64,000 nucleotides of DNA from a bacterium (GCA_965261085.1 OZ253442.1:2016001-2080000); one strand, 5' to 3'. Counted from the first letter of the stretch, positions 46,021 through 56,659 are shown. Program-made: numbers and translations. Notes: a model not told the origin generated them from the sequence alone.

Positions 46021-47241
46021 ATGATTCGCAAACTACGCACCGAAAGAGACAACCAGCAGTGGATGCTCGACCTGGCCTTGAACATGAGAGGCCGCGTCCA
46101 GAACTTCGAGCGCGATTACCTGGAAGTCCCCCAGGGCAAGCGCGCGCACAACTACCAGATGCTGCCCAAGGTCTGGCGCGAGTCCGCAGAAGAACACGAG
46201 AAACTCGCCAAGAAGGCCCAGAGAGAAGGCTTTAACGCCACGGCCACGGAGCATTACGACCACGCCATCGAGGCCTACCGCATGGCGCAGCACCCGATAT
46301 TCTATGACGACAACCCGGTGAAGATTTATCTGTGCAACAAGCTCAAGGAGATGGTCGACAGGCGCTCCGAGACGGCCTCCTACCCCATCGAGCGCGTCGA
46401 GGTGCCCTTTGACGACGGCAAGACCATATCCTGCCTCCTGCACCTGCTGCCCGACCGCAGGAAAGCGCCCTGCATCATCTACGTGCCGGGCATGGACCAG
46501 AGCAAGGAAGTCTTCCCCCGCGCGCGGCACAACGTGGCGGCGGACCGGGGCTTTCACGTCCTGGCGATGGACGGTCCCGGACAAGGGAATTCCAACATCC
46601 AGAAAATCCGCGCCGTAGGCGACAACTACGAGCGCGCGGGCGCAGCGGTGATGGACTACCTCCTGGGGCGCGAGGAGATCGAGCCCACCAAGATCGGCAT
46701 CTACGGCATCAGCATGGGCAGCTTCTGGTCGCTCCGCCTGGCGAGTTACGATCACCGTGCGGCGGCTGTGGCGAGTGCGGTGGCGTGTTTCAACCCGAAC
46801 AACACCATCTTCACGCAGTCCTCGCCGCGCTTCAAGCAGGTGTTCATGTACATGGCGGGCATGGACGATGAAGATGCGTTCGACGAGATGGCGCGCAACA
46901 TGACCGTCAAGGGCTACATGGACAAGATCCAGTGCCCCACGCTGCTGGTGACGGGCGAGTTCGACCCGCTCTGCCCGCTCGAGGACGCCATCGAGGTGTA
47001 TGAGGATTTGACGTGTAAGAAAGAGATGTGGGTGTTCGAGAACCAGTTCCACCCCTTGGTGAGCTTGAAGAACCTGGGCGGCATGGACAACCACCAGTAC
47101 ATTTTGGATTGGCTGCACCGCGCCCTGATGGATGAGAACGTGAACGAGAGCCGCGTCGCCTACGTCAAGGAGAAAGGCGACGGGCCGTTCGGCGAGTGCG
47201 AGTGGACGCCTCCCGTAAGGCCCGGAGAGGTGTATTTCTAG
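46021..47241 (+). CDS. alpha/beta hydrolase (2,6-dihydroxypseudooxynicotine hydrolase/FrsA-like)
   Basis: PGMDQSKE, DGPGQG, GISMG, GEFDPL, NQFH. Confidence 0.82.
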   Translation: MIRKLRTERDNQQWMLDLALNMRGRVQNFERDYLEVPQGKRAHNYQMLPKVWRESAEEHEKLAKKAQREGFNATATEHYDHAIEAYRMAQHPIFYDDNPVKIYLCNKLKEMVDRRSETASYPIERVEVPFDDGKTISCLLHLLPDRRKAPCIIYVPGMDQSKEVFPRARHNVAADRGFHVLAMDGPGQGNSNIQKIRAVGDNYERAGAAVMDYLLGREEIEPTKIGIYGISMGSFWSLRLASYDHRAAAVASAVACFNPNNTIFTQSSPRFKQVFMYMAGMDDEDAFDEMARNMTVKGYMDKIQCPTLLVTGEFDPLCPLEDAIEVYEDLTCKKEMWVFENQFHPLVSLKNLGGMDNHQYILDWLHRALMDENVNESRVAYVKEKGDGPFGECEWTPPVRPGEVYF

Positions 47242-47345
47242 GAAGAGCGGAGAGGGCCGGGCATCCATTCGGCAGGGGGGAACTCCTCATTTGGGGTTCA
47301 CTCCCCCCTGGAGATGCATTGCCTATCGACGAGAGAGGAGAAAAC

Positions 47346-47516
47346 CACTCCCCCCTTGAGGGGGAGTCAGTGAGCTAAGGGCAAAAGCCCGCAAGCGAAC
47401 TGGTGGGGGGTATGGTTCTGAAATATGGGTTCTCCACAAAATGGGATTCACCCCTCACCGACTCAGCCTTCGCATAAACCGCTCGGCTTCGCCGACTCCC
47501 CCTCAAGGGGGGAGTG
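47346..47516. repeat. 171-bp palindromic MITE/REP-like element with perfect 23-bp terminal inverted repeats
   Basis: CACTCCCCCCTTGAGGGGGAGTC (47346-47368) ... GACTCCCCCTCAAGGGGGGAGTG (47494-47516). Confidence 0.85.
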
Positions 47517-47669
47517 AACCGCGGCCGATCTGGTATAGAGTTTCACCGAATCGAAGTTTCCCGGGAGGCGCTCATGTTTTCTGCAGGTCTTGAATCCCTC
47601 GTCGTATCGCCGGCCGCCGCTCCCCGGTTTTTCGGCGTCAGCGTCTCCCCGAGCCGGTAAGCCCACTCC

Positions 47670-48545
47670 TTGGATCACCACCTCGCCATAGTTTTGAGTC
47701 TCGTGGCGTCGGTTTCGTTCGCCGTCTTCAGCATCGTTGCGAGAAAGGGGCTGGGGGAGACCTCGCCCTACGTCGGCGCCCTCATCGGACTGGCGATAGG
47801 GATTCCGATTCTGGGGGGTCTCTCCCTCGTCTTCTCGGACTGGGGCGGACTCACTTACAAGGCGGCGCTGTGGTTCTTCGTGGGCGGAATCCTCGCGCCG
47901 GGCTTCAGCCGGTTTCTTCTTTTTTTAGGCTACAGAACCATCGGCGTGGGCCGCACCATGCCTCTGGTGACGATTACCCCTTTCCTCGCGACGCTGGTGG
48001 CGATCGCCTGGCTCGGGGAGAGACCGGACGTAGCTGTCTGGCTCGCCATTTTTTTCGTCACGGCGGGGTGCCTGTTCCTGACGGTGAAGCCCGAGGGGGA
48101 TTCCGACTGGCGGCGGATTCACATGATCTATCCTTTTCTGCACGCCTTCGTGATGGCCTTCGCCTCTACAATGAGGCGCTATGGGTTGCTTCTGTATGGA
48201 GACTTCATCATCGGCGCGCTGATTGCGAACGTCGTCTCCCTGCCCACGCTCCTGCTGTTCGCTCCCGCCCTGCCCAAGGCCGAGCGTTTCCGTATGGACA
48301 AAAGGGGGCTTGCATGGTTCACGGTCGCGGGCATCATCAACGCGGTGGCGTATATCACGTTTTTCGCCGCGTTTCAGTATGGAGAAGTGTTCATCGTCAT
48401 GCCCTTGAGCTATACGGCTCCTTTGTTCTCCTTGCTGCTCGCGCGGGTCTGGCTGAAGGAGGAGGAGAAACTGACGTGGCAAAAATGGGCCGGCGCGGCC
48501 CTGCTCTTTTTCGGCACGGTCATCATCGCCTGGGCGAGCGCGTAG
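47670..48545 (+). CDS. DMT/EamA family transporter
   Basis: 10 TM; GGILAPG, IGVGRTMPL, WLGERP, TAPLFSLLLA. Confidence 0.88.
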   Translation: MDHHLAIVLSLVASVSFAVFSIVARKGLGETSPYVGALIGLAIGIPILGGLSLVFSDWGGLTYKAALWFFVGGILAPGFSRFLLFLGYRTIGVGRTMPLVTITPFLATLVAIAWLGERPDVAVWLAIFFVTAGCLFLTVKPEGDSDWRRIHMIYPFLHAFVMAFASTMRRYGLLLYGDFIIGALIANVVSLPTLLLFAPALPKAERFRMDKRGLAWFTVAGIINAVAYITFFAAFQYGEVFIVMPLSYTAPLFSLLLARVWLKEEEKLTWQKWAGAALLFFGTVIIAWASA

Positions 48546-48579
48546 GCGAAATGGAAAAAGCCTCAAACTGGAGAACGCC

Positions 48580-49455
48580 TTGAATCCCATGTTGGCCTCG
48601 TTTTTTGCGCTCGCCTCCTCAGTGCTCTTCGCCGTCTTCAGCGTCATGGCGCGAAGGACCATGCGCCACACGAGCGCCTTCACGGGCAGCCTGGTGACGC
48701 TGAGCATCGGGACGGTGGTTCTGGTGGTCGTTTCCGCCTTTTTTTCCTCATGGGACAAGCTCACGCTGCCGGTCGCCTTGTGGTTTCTGGCGGGCGGCGC
48801 GCTCGCGCCCGGAATGGCGCAGGCGCTCATGTTCCTGAGCATCAGCTATATCGGGGTGGGCCGCGCCATGCCGCTCATCACGGTGACGCCTTTTTTCTCC
48901 ACGCTCGTGGCGATGGCCTGGCTGGGCGAGCGACCGGGCGTCGTGGTATTAGGCGCGACGATTTTCGTGGTCGCGGGATGCGTTCTGCTGGCCCTGAAAA
49001 GAGTAGGGGAAAAGCCCTGGCGGAGGATTTTCATCCTCATGCCGCTGGCGCACGCTATCTCGTTCGCCTTCGCCGCATCCATCAGAAAACAGGCGATCAC
49101 TCTCATGCCCGAACCGCTGCTGGGGGCCACGCTTTCCTATGTGATTTCCATTCCCGTGCTGTTCCTGTTCTATCCCTTCCTGCCGGAAGATGAGCGTATC
49201 TCCTTCAACCGGGCGGGCGTGAAGGGATTCGCGCTGGCGGGCTCGATTCTCACGCTTTCTTTTTTCTGCCACTTCACGTCGTATCGCTACGGGGACGTCT
49301 CGATCATCGCCCCCATCGTGTATACGGCCCCGCTGTTCTCCCTGCTGCTGGCGCGAGTCTGGCTCAAGGGAGAGGAGGAGATTACCTGGCAGAAAACCGC
49401 CGGCGCCGTCTTGTTGTTCATCGGGATGGTGGTGATCATCTGGCAGGCCGCGTGA
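48580..49455 (+). CDS. DMT/EamA family transporter, tandem paralogue
   Basis: Same length (291 aa) and collinear motifs with the upstream copy. Confidence 0.88.
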   Translation: MNPMLASFFALASSVLFAVFSVMARRTMRHTSAFTGSLVTLSIGTVVLVVVSAFFSSWDKLTLPVALWFLAGGALAPGMAQALMFLSISYIGVGRAMPLITVTPFFSTLVAMAWLGERPGVVVLGATIFVVAGCVLLALKRVGEKPWRRIFILMPLAHAISFAFAASIRKQAITLMPEPLLGATLSYVISIPVLFLFYPFLPEDERISFNRAGVKGFALAGSILTLSFFCHFTSYRYGDVSIIAPIVYTAPLFSLLLARVWLKGEEEITWQKTAGAVLLFIGMVVIIWQAA

Positions 49456-49496
49456 CGTAAGGGGGCACCCCTACCGAGAAACTTGGTATTCAATGT

Positions 49497-49773
49497 CACT
49501 CCCTCTTGAGGGTTAAACGCGACCGGGGAGGAAGGAGATTCACTCCCCCCTTGTTTGCAATCACTCCCTTGAGGGTCGGGCTTTCCGAGGGGAAAGTCCG
49601 TCGGCAAGGCGAGGACGGAGTCTGAAGCCGCGCCGGTGGGGGGTATGATTCTCAAATATAGGTTACCCAGAAAAGTATAAGCTCCCCCCACCAGTTCGGT
49701 TGCGGGCTTACGCCCTTACCTCACTGACAATCCCTCATTCTTCAATCGGGCTTGACCCTCAAGGGGGGAGTGG
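49497..49773. repeat. degenerate second copy of the CACTCCCCCCTTGAGGG element
   Basis: Shares ggtggggggtatg.ttct.aaatat.ggtt and an inverted cccccaccagttcg.ttgcgggctt..gcccttA arm with 47346-47516; ends ccctcaaggggggagtg. Confidence 0.7.
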
Positions 49774-49802
49774 TTCTCCTATTTTTTGATCGGACTTCAC
49801 CC

Positions 49803-49879
49803 GTAGGGGCGGACCTGCGTGTCCGCCCGGTTTCATGACGACCGCCTCGGCACGGGAGAACACGCAGGTTCTCCCCTAC
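49803..49879. repeat. GTAG-type REP doublet
   Basis: gtaggggcggacctgcgtgtccgccc ... gggagaacacgcaggttctcccctac. Confidence 0.8.
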
Positions 49880-50007
49880 AAACCCACCTCTTTTTATAGC
49901 CGCCCATTTGGACAGGCGCGTCGCAGGAGTGATACGTTTTTTCCCAATAACAATTCCGGTTTCCATGCGCGCGCCAGGGCGCATCTTGAGGCGAAAGGGG
50001 GTTGAAC

Positions 50008-51111
50008 ATGCAGGCTGATCTGTTCCGCGTGGCGATGGATTCACCAGACGACATATCCGGCGTGGTCGCTCTCGTCGAGGAGGGTAAATGCAGGCCCGAG
50101 GAAATCGTCGGCATCATGGGCAAGACCGAAGGAAACGGCTGCGTGAACGATTTTTCCCGGGGGTTCAGCAATTTCGTCCTGCTCGATTATTTTTCAAGAG
50201 TGACGGGAAAGAAGCGTGAGGAGGTGGAAGAGCAGATCGCCCTCATCATGTCCGGGGGAACCGAGGGGGTCATGTGTCCACACTTTTCGGTGTTCTCCAG
50301 ATCGGAGAACGGCGGAGGCGACGGAAGCGCGAAGCGCCTCGCCATCGCCTCGGGCCACACGACGGATTTTCTTCCCGAGGAGATGGGCAGGATGGCGCAG
50401 ATACACGCGACGGCCGACCTCGTCCGGCGATTGATGGAAGAGGCGCAAATCGAAAGCGTAGAGGATCTGCATTTCGTTCAGGTGAAGTGCCCGCTCCTGA
50501 CCGGGGACCGCATGGCGGACGCCTTAGGGCGCGGGAAGACGCTCTGCACCGAGGACACTTATAAGTCCATGGGATACTCACGCGGCGCATCGGCGCTGGG
50601 CGTGGCCCTGGCGGCGGGCGAGGTGGAAGAGAATCAGTTGAGCGACGACGTGGTTTGTAAGGATTGGTCGCTGCAATCGGGTGTCGCCTCCACCTCCGCG
50701 GGAATCGAATTGATGTGCAACGAGGTGATGGTCATCGGCAACAGCGCGGCCTGGGGCGGAGAACTGGTCGTCGGCCACAGCGTCATGCAAGACGCCATCG
50801 ACCGGGACGCGGTTCGCGAAGCCATCGTGAACGCGGGGATTTCATTCGACTGGGCGCTCTCACCCGAGGAGCGCGGGCGAATCGTCAACGTCTTTGCGAA
50901 ATGCGAGGCCTCCCCCGACGGCCTGGTGCGGGGCCGCAGGCACACGATGCTCGATGATTCGGACATCAACAATACGCGCCACGCCCGCTCGGTCGTGAAC
51001 GCCGTGGTCTCCTCCGTCGTCGGCGACCCGATGATGTTCGTCTCGGGAGGCGCTGAGCACCAGGGTCCTCCCGGCGGCGGGCCCGTCGCGGCCGTCGTCC
51101 GGGCGGAGTAG
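50008..51111 (+). CDS. atzD: cyanuric acid hydrolase (AtzD/barbiturase ring-opening amidohydrolase family)
   Basis: GKTEGNGCVNDFSR, MSGGTEG, VQVKCPLL, SMGYSRGASALG, STSAG, RRHTMLDDSDI, SGGAEHQGPPGGGP (cyanurate-hydrolase-type C-terminus). Confidence 0.88.
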   Translation: MQADLFRVAMDSPDDISGVVALVEEGKCRPEEIVGIMGKTEGNGCVNDFSRGFSNFVLLDYFSRVTGKKREEVEEQIALIMSGGTEGVMCPHFSVFSRSENGGGDGSAKRLAIASGHTTDFLPEEMGRMAQIHATADLVRRLMEEAQIESVEDLHFVQVKCPLLTGDRMADALGRGKTLCTEDTYKSMGYSRGASALGVALAAGEVEENQLSDDVVCKDWSLQSGVASTSAGIELMCNEVMVIGNSAAWGGELVVGHSVMQDAIDRDAVREAIVNAGISFDWALSPEERGRIVNVFAKCEASPDGLVRGRRHTMLDDSDINNTRHARSVVNAVVSSVVGDPMMFVSGGAEHQGPPGGGPVAAVVRAE

Positions 51112-51209
51112 GCGTCCCTCGATACGGCGCAAAAGCGCGCCTACTCGGGATGAGGGATGTGTATATATTATAAGGATAAGGAGGGTGGACTCTCCGCCGG
51201 GCTTCCCTT

Positions 51210-51597
51210 GTAGGGACAGGTCGCGACCTGTCCATTGAATTCTTTGTCAACCGAAACGAAAAAAGGGCGGACACATAGGTCCTCCCCTACAATCCCATCG
51301 CGTTTTGCGTAGGGCAGCCCCTCCTTCATCAGTCGGAGTTGACTATGTCTCCGCCCAGGCCCCCTTGGTTATCCTTCGCAAATCAGGGTGTCGTGTAGGG
51401 GCGGACCTATGTGTCCGCCCTGCCCCCTGTGGTTGTCCATTGCAGAACGGGGCTTCGGACAGGTCGCGACCTGTCCCTACGGGCTGTCAAGGTTTTCCGT
51501 AGGGGCCGCATATATGCGGCCCTCATGGCACGAACCGGTCGGGTCGGTCGGGTCGCATGTATGCGTGGGGCGGTCCCGAATAGGAACCGCCACCTAC
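51210..51597. repeat. cluster of GTAG-type REP doublets
   Basis: Inverted pairs at 51210-51290, 51395-51480 and 51499-51597, each GTAGGG+hairpin ... hairpin+CCTAC. Confidence 0.8.
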
Positions 51598-51621
51598 AAA
51601 ACCATTCTCCCCGAGAGGATT

Positions 51622-52698
51622 CTATCCCGCCGATATGTTGCGCCGCGCCTGCACGAACACCACCGTCAGGACGATGATGGCCTGAAAGACGAACACCGCG
51701 GCCCCCGGCAGACCGATGCTGCGCTGCAGCGAATCAGAACCCGACACCAGCACGGCGAACACCGCGGCGGCTATCGTCACCCCCAGGGGGTTGTTGCGCC
51801 CGATGACTGCTATCAGAATGGCCATCGCCCCGTAGTTGGGCGCGCCCTCCGAGCCGCTTATCCCCAGAAGCAGGCTCTGGTGGAATCCCGAGACCTCGAT
51901 GGCTCCGGCCAGGCCCGAGAGCGCGCCGCAGGTCGGCATGATGATCAAGGTGATGCGCGCGACGTTGATGCCGCCGAAGCGCGCGGCCCGGGGGTTGTCC
52001 CCCACCGCGCGGATCTCATAGCCCACGATGGTGCGCGTCATCAAGAAATACATGCCCACGGCCGCCGCCAGCGCGATGATGAAACCGAAGTGCGCGCCCG
52101 ATTTCGGCATCACCTGGGGCAGCACGGAGGCGTCCGGAATCGGAAGCGAGATGGCATCTCCCGCCAGGGGGTCGTTCCAGGGGCCGTTGGCGAGGTAATC
52201 CACCAGATAGAGCGCGACGAAGTTCAGCATCACCGTCACGAATATCTCGCTCACCTGGTAGCGCACGCGCAGGATTCCGGGAATGAATCCCCAGAACCAC
52301 CCGCCCAGAATGCCGCCCAGAAGTCCCAGGGGGACGAAGACCGGCCAGGGCAGGTTCAAACCTTCTAAAGCAAAGGCCGTGCCCGTCATGCCGATGGCGC
52401 CCGCGTATATCTGCCCGTCCACGCCGATGTTGAAGTGCCCGCCCCGCATTCCGAAGGCGACCGCGAGCGAAGCCAGAAGCAGGGGGCAGAATTTGTTCAA
52501 GGTCTGCGCGAACCCGCCCCACGTGCCGAGCGAGGAGCGAAGAACGGTCCCCAACGCCACGAGCACGTCCCCGCCGAAGGCGACGATGAAGATTGCGCCG
52601 CACGCCAGGGCCAGTATAGCCGCCGACGAGTAGGTGATCGCGATTTCAATGGCCGCTTTTTTCTTCTCCGCCAAACTCGCCGCGCTCGAACTCGCCAT
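51622..52698 (-). CDS. ABC transporter permease (nucleoside/BMP-associated)
   Basis: FNIGVDGQ, SEIFVTVMLNF, GYEIRAVGDNPRAARFGGI. Confidence 0.9.
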   Translation of the reverse strand: MASSSAASLAEKKKAAIEIAITYSSAAILALACGAIFIVAFGGDVLVALGTVLRSSLGTWGGFAQTLNKFCPLLLASLAVAFGMRGGHFNIGVDGQIYAGAIGMTGTAFALEGLNLPWPVFVPLGLLGGILGGWFWGFIPGILRVRYQVSEIFVTVMLNFVALYLVDYLANGPWNDPLAGDAISLPIPDASVLPQVMPKSGAHFGFIIALAAAVGMYFLMTRTIVGYEIRAVGDNPRAARFGGINVARITLIIMPTCGALSGLAGAIEVSGFHQSLLLGISGSEGAPNYGAMAILIAVIGRNNPLGVTIAAAVFAVLVSGSDSLQRSIGLPGAAVFVFQAIIVLTVVFVQARRNISAG

Positions 52699-52699
52699 T

Positions 52700-54277
52700 T
52701 TAAGAGCCCGCCTCGAGTTTCTGGCCCGCCATGAGGGAGCCTATCTGGTAGATGTCGTACTCGGGGCCGTCAAAAGCGCCTGAAATCTCCCCCGCATAGA
52801 TCACGATGATCCGGTCGCTCATGAGGCGAAGTTCATCGAGGTCTTCTGAAATCAGCAGGACGCCTGCGCCTTGCGCGCGAAGCTCCTGTAAGCGGCCATG
52901 CACGAACGAGGCGGCCATGACGTCGAGACCGCGCGTGGGGTTGTTGGCGATCATCACCTTCCCGCCCGTCTTGTGGGCGAGCATCACCGAGCGCGCCACG
53001 ATGGTCTTCTGGATGTTTCCGCCCGATAGATGCGCGGCGGGCACGTGCTCGTTTCGCGCCAGAATGTTGAATTCCGCGATGGCGTTTCTACCCATTTCGT
53101 GGGCGGCCTCGCGATCGAATATCCCGCGCCGCTTGAAGATGTGCGGGTGCAGGCCGAGCACGAAATTCTCCGCAAGGCTCAAGCCCGGCAGAATCCCCTC
53201 CTCGATCCTGTCCTGGGGGATGAGGCTCATCCCCCGCGCGATGCGTTCGGACACCGAAAGGCCTGTGACCTCCTCACCGCCCAAGTGGACTTCGCCTTCT
53301 TGAATCTCGATGAGCCCGGCCAGGGCTTCCGCCAGTTCCTTCTGGCCGTTGCCGGAGATGCCCGCCAAACCGACGATGAGACCCCGGGGGACGTCGAAGG
53401 CGACGTCCTTGAGAGGCACCCCCCACTTCGAGGAGGTATGAACCTCCCGAACCGAGAGGGCGGGATGCCCCTCCCGGGCCGCCGAAGGCCCGGTTGGCCG
53501 CTCGCCCTCCGGAGGCAGGCCGCGCTCGCCCATCATCATCTGGACGAGTATTTCGCGGGTGGCGTCCACGCGGAGGATCGTGTCGATCTTCCGCCCGCCC
53601 CGGAAGACGGTAATCCGGTCGCAGTTGTCCAGAACTTCCTGGATTTTGTGCGTGATGAAGACGACCGTCAGGCCCTCCTTGGCGAAGGACTTGAGTATCG
53701 AGAACAGACCGTCCACCTCGTGGGGAGTCAGCATGGTCGTCGGCTCGTCCAGAATCAGGATGTCCGCGCCGTGATAAAGCGCCTTCAGGATTTCGACTTT
53801 CTGCTGAATCCCGGCGGGAAGGGTTTTCACCTGCTCATCAAGCGGTATGGAGAGGCCGTAGTTCGCGGCGAGTTCCTCCACGGAACTGCGCCGGGCGTCC
53901 ACGTCGAGCTTCCAGCGCGAACCTTCCCGCCCGAGCAGAATGTTTTCCAGCGCGGTGAAGTTGCCAATCAACTCCACGTGCTGGTGAACCATCCCGACGC
54001 CGGCCCTGATCGCATCCTGGGGAGAGCGGACCTCCACCTCGCGCCCGTCGATGGCGATTTGCCCATCGTCCATGCGGTAGAGGCCGCTCAGGATGTTCAT
54101 GAGCGTGGTCTTGCCCGCGCCGTTTTCTCCGAGGAGGGCGTGGATCTCCCCCTCCCCCGCCTCGAAATCGACCGCGTCCAGGGCGACGACCTCCCCGAAG
54201 GACTTGCTGACGCCGTACATTTCAACTCGGGGGACGATCTTTTCCGTCATCACTTTCATCCATTCCAAGCGCCCCAC
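52700..54277 (-). CDS. ABC transporter ATP-binding protein (two-domain sugar/nucleoside type)
   Basis: GENGAGKTT, LILDEPT, LSGGNIQK, NPTRGLD; start may lie slightly downstream. Confidence 0.92.
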   Translation of the reverse strand: MGRLEWMKVMTEKIVPRVEMYGVSKSFGEVVALDAVDFEAGEGEIHALLGENGAGKTTLMNILSGLYRMDDGQIAIDGREVEVRSPQDAIRAGVGMVHQHVELIGNFTALENILLGREGSRWKLDVDARRSSVEELAANYGLSIPLDEQVKTLPAGIQQKVEILKALYHGADILILDEPTTMLTPHEVDGLFSILKSFAKEGLTVVFITHKIQEVLDNCDRITVFRGGRKIDTILRVDATREILVQMMMGERGLPPEGERPTGPSAAREGHPALSVREVHTSSKWGVPLKDVAFDVPRGLIVGLAGISGNGQKELAEALAGLIEIQEGEVHLGGEEVTGLSVSERIARGMSLIPQDRIEEGILPGLSLAENFVLGLHPHIFKRRGIFDREAAHEMGRNAIAEFNILARNEHVPAAHLSGGNIQKTIVARSVMLAHKTGGKVMIANNPTRGLDVMAASFVHGRLQELRAQGAGVLLISEDLDELRLMSDRIIVIYAGEISGAFDGPEYDIYQIGSLMAGQKLEAGS

Positions 54278-54308
54278 CCCCCGATCGGGGACGGGGCGCT
54301 TATACCTT

Positions 54309-55310
54309 CTATTTCGCCAACATGACTTTTTTCATTTCCAGCCGGGGCTTAATGGCTCCGGAGCGTACTTTCGCATAGGCCTCTTTGGTTCTCTTGATGG
54401 CCTCGGCCGATACGTTGCCCAGAGAGCTGATCTCGAAACCGACTCCGGGGCGCATGGGCACGTATCCCCCCATGGCTCCTTTCATGATTCCTTGCATGGC
54501 TTTCTGGTAGGGAGGCCGGAAATCGATGATCAGCGTGCCGGCGAAATGCTTGGGCGCCTTGTCCGTCTTGTCGGTGTAAAACGTGGTGACCAGAACCTTG
54601 CTCTTCGCCTTTTTGGCGGCCTCCACGACCCCGTATACCCCCAGGTTCACCATGTTGATGATGAAGTCGACGCCGTTCGCGATCATGGCGTCGGCGGTCT
54701 GGCGCGCCTTGACCGGGTCGTTCTGGTTCCCGGTGAAGGCGTAGACGAGCTTCGCCTTGGGGTTGGTCGCTTTCAGGGCGTCCGAGATGGTGTTGATGGA
54801 AGCCTTGAAGTCAGGCAACTGGATGCCCGCGATGACGCCCACCTTGTTCGTCTTCGTGGCGAGACCGGCCAGCACCCCGAAGGGATAGAAGGCCTCGAAA
54901 TAGTGGCGGTGAATGTTCCAGACGTTCTTGGGCACCTTGAACTTTCCCGAACTCTCCATGATAAAAGTGGTGCCGGGGAATTTCGGGGCCAGCTTCTGCA
55001 CGAGCCGGACGTATTGCCCGCCGTGGAAGCCGATGATGGTGAAGCCCGAGGATATGTACTCGCGCGCCACCCTCTCGGCGTCCGCCGGAGAGATTCGCTC
55101 GGAGTAGGAGGTTTCGATCTTGAACCTCTTCTTGATGTCCTGGGCAACCTCATAGCCCCGGAAGTTGTAGTCCGCATCCTCGATGGGTCCGGGGACGATG
55201 ATGGCGAACTTGTGGGCCTTCGCGGCGAGCGCCTGACCGGGGGCTACGGCGAGGGAGAGGGCCGCGAGCGCGGCGGCGAAGAACAATCGGCGTGTCCATT
55301 TGGTTTTCAT
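54309..55310 (-). CDS. BMP family (PnrA/TmpC-like) substrate-binding protein
   Basis: Signal peptide from MKTKWTRR; PGPIEDADYN, GVLAGLATKTNKVGVIAG, DPVKARQ. Confidence 0.88.
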   Translation of the reverse strand: MKTKWTRRLFFAAALAALSLAVAPGQALAAKAHKFAIIVPGPIEDADYNFRGYEVAQDIKKRFKIETSYSERISPADAERVAREYISSGFTIIGFHGGQYVRLVQKLAPKFPGTTFIMESSGKFKVPKNVWNIHRHYFEAFYPFGVLAGLATKTNKVGVIAGIQLPDFKASINTISDALKATNPKAKLVYAFTGNQNDPVKARQTADAMIANGVDFIINMVNLGVYGVVEAAKKAKSKVLVTTFYTDKTDKAPKHFAGTLIIDFRPPYQKAMQGIMKGAMGGYVPMRPGVGFEISSLGNVSAEAIKRTKEAYAKVRSGAIKPRLEMKKVMLAK

Positions 55311-55356
55311 TTCACACTCCTCCTTGATGAGAAAGCAAAAAATCCCGGGCGCGGGT

Positions 55357-56298
55357 TCAATCCCGGGTTTCACGATCGTAAGGCCTCGTAAGCGCGCGGG
55401 GGCTCTCGGCGCCCCGCGCCACCTGAACCAGCACAATCATGGCGAACACGTACGGCAGCATCAGCAAAAACTGCGGCGGAATGATTTTGGCGAACTGCGG
55501 CAGAGCGCTCACCTTGAACTGAAAAGCGTCCACGTAGGCGAACAGCAGCGCGCCGACGAACGACCAGAGAGGAACCCACCGGCCGAATATCACCAGCATC
55601 AGGGCGAGCCACCCTCTTCCGTTCACGATGTTGTCCGTGAACGAGCCCGAGATCACGAGCGGCAGGTATGCGCCCGCGACGCCCAGGAAAAGTCCGCCCA
55701 CCGCACAGGCGCCATAGCGCATGCGGGCGACGTCTATCCCCACCGTGTCCGCCGCGCGGGGGTTTTCCCCGCAGGCGCGCAGCCTCAGACCCAGCGGCGT
55801 CTTGAAGAGGAAAAAGCTCACCGCCGCGACGAGGAAATAGGACAAATAGACGAGTCCGTTCTGCGCGAAGAAAATCTCGCCGACGAAGGGGATGCTCCCC
55901 AGAAGCGGGATGTGTATCTCTCTCAAGGTCGGCACCTGGGGAATGGACTGCACGACGCCTACCGCCAGGCGGTAGATGGTGGGCGAGATTCCCAGCCCCA
56001 GGACGAATATCCCCAGCCCGATGACGATCTGGTTCGCGCGCAGGGTGATGGAGAAATACGCCAGAAGCAGAGTCAGCACACTTCCCGAGAGCGCCGCGAC
56101 CAAGCAGCCGATAATCGCGCTGCCCGAGTAGTAGGTGAGCAGAAAACCCGTCACCGCTCCGAGCGTCACGATGCCCTCGATGCCGACGTTCAGAATCCCC
56201 GAGCGCTCGATGATGGTCTCGCCGAGACACGCGATGATGAGCGGCGCCATCATGAGCATAGTGAGCTGGAAAAGGGATATGTCGAAAAAAAGGGACAA
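55357..56298 (-). CDS. ABC transporter permease (nucleoside/BMP-associated)
   Basis: ERSGILNVGIEG, LRACGENPRAADTVG, GRGWLAL, LPYV. Confidence 0.9.
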   Translation of the reverse strand: MSLFFDISLFQLTMLMMAPLIIACLGETIIERSGILNVGIEGIVTLGAVTGFLLTYYSGSAIIGCLVAALSGSVLTLLLAYFSITLRANQIVIGLGIFVLGLGISPTIYRLAVGVVQSIPQVPTLREIHIPLLGSIPFVGEIFFAQNGLVYLSYFLVAAVSFFLFKTPLGLRLRACGENPRAADTVGIDVARMRYGACAVGGLFLGVAGAYLPLVISGSFTDNIVNGRGWLALMLVIFGRWVPLWSFVGALLFAYVDAFQFKVSALPQFAKIIPPQFLLMLPYVFAMIVLVQVARGAESPRALTRPYDRETRD

Positions 56299-56659
56299 GA
56301 AGGCGCACTCCTCGTAGTGGTGTGAAAATGCGAAAACTCGTCTCCGTGCGCCGCTGCTCGGGAGACGGAGTGTATTTATCCTTGTGGCTTTGGCAGTCAG
56401 TATGCCTTACGTGTTCCCCAAATTCAAAAGATACAGGTTTTATGTTTCCGTCATGTAACGCGGATTCCCCCGCGATTCGCTCCGAGATTGAAAATCCCGC
56501 CCGGCGCGCCGTCCGCCGCATGGCGTTCGCGATGAAAGCGGATGCGTTGCCCGCCGCGTCCGGTTCATACATAATACGCGCATTGCACATACTTCCCATA
56601 TGAACCGACTGCCAAGATGGAGATCGTTTCTTTTCTTCGTCCAAAAGGAGACCTCCGAG

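Noticed and set aside
35911-47268. Other long overlapping ORFs (35911-37290, 37867-39027, 40210-41565, 41770-43200, 43342-44451, 46033-47268)
   Set aside because: They overlap well-supported genes and are expected from high-GC codon bias.
50008-51111. Barbiturase
   Set aside because: The C-terminal SGGAEHQGP and RRHTMLDDSD motifs fit cyanuric acid hydrolases better; substrate still needs an assay.
51210-51597. CRISPR array or RNA gene
   Set aside because: The units are non-identical, inverted GTAG hairpin pairs typical of REP doublets.
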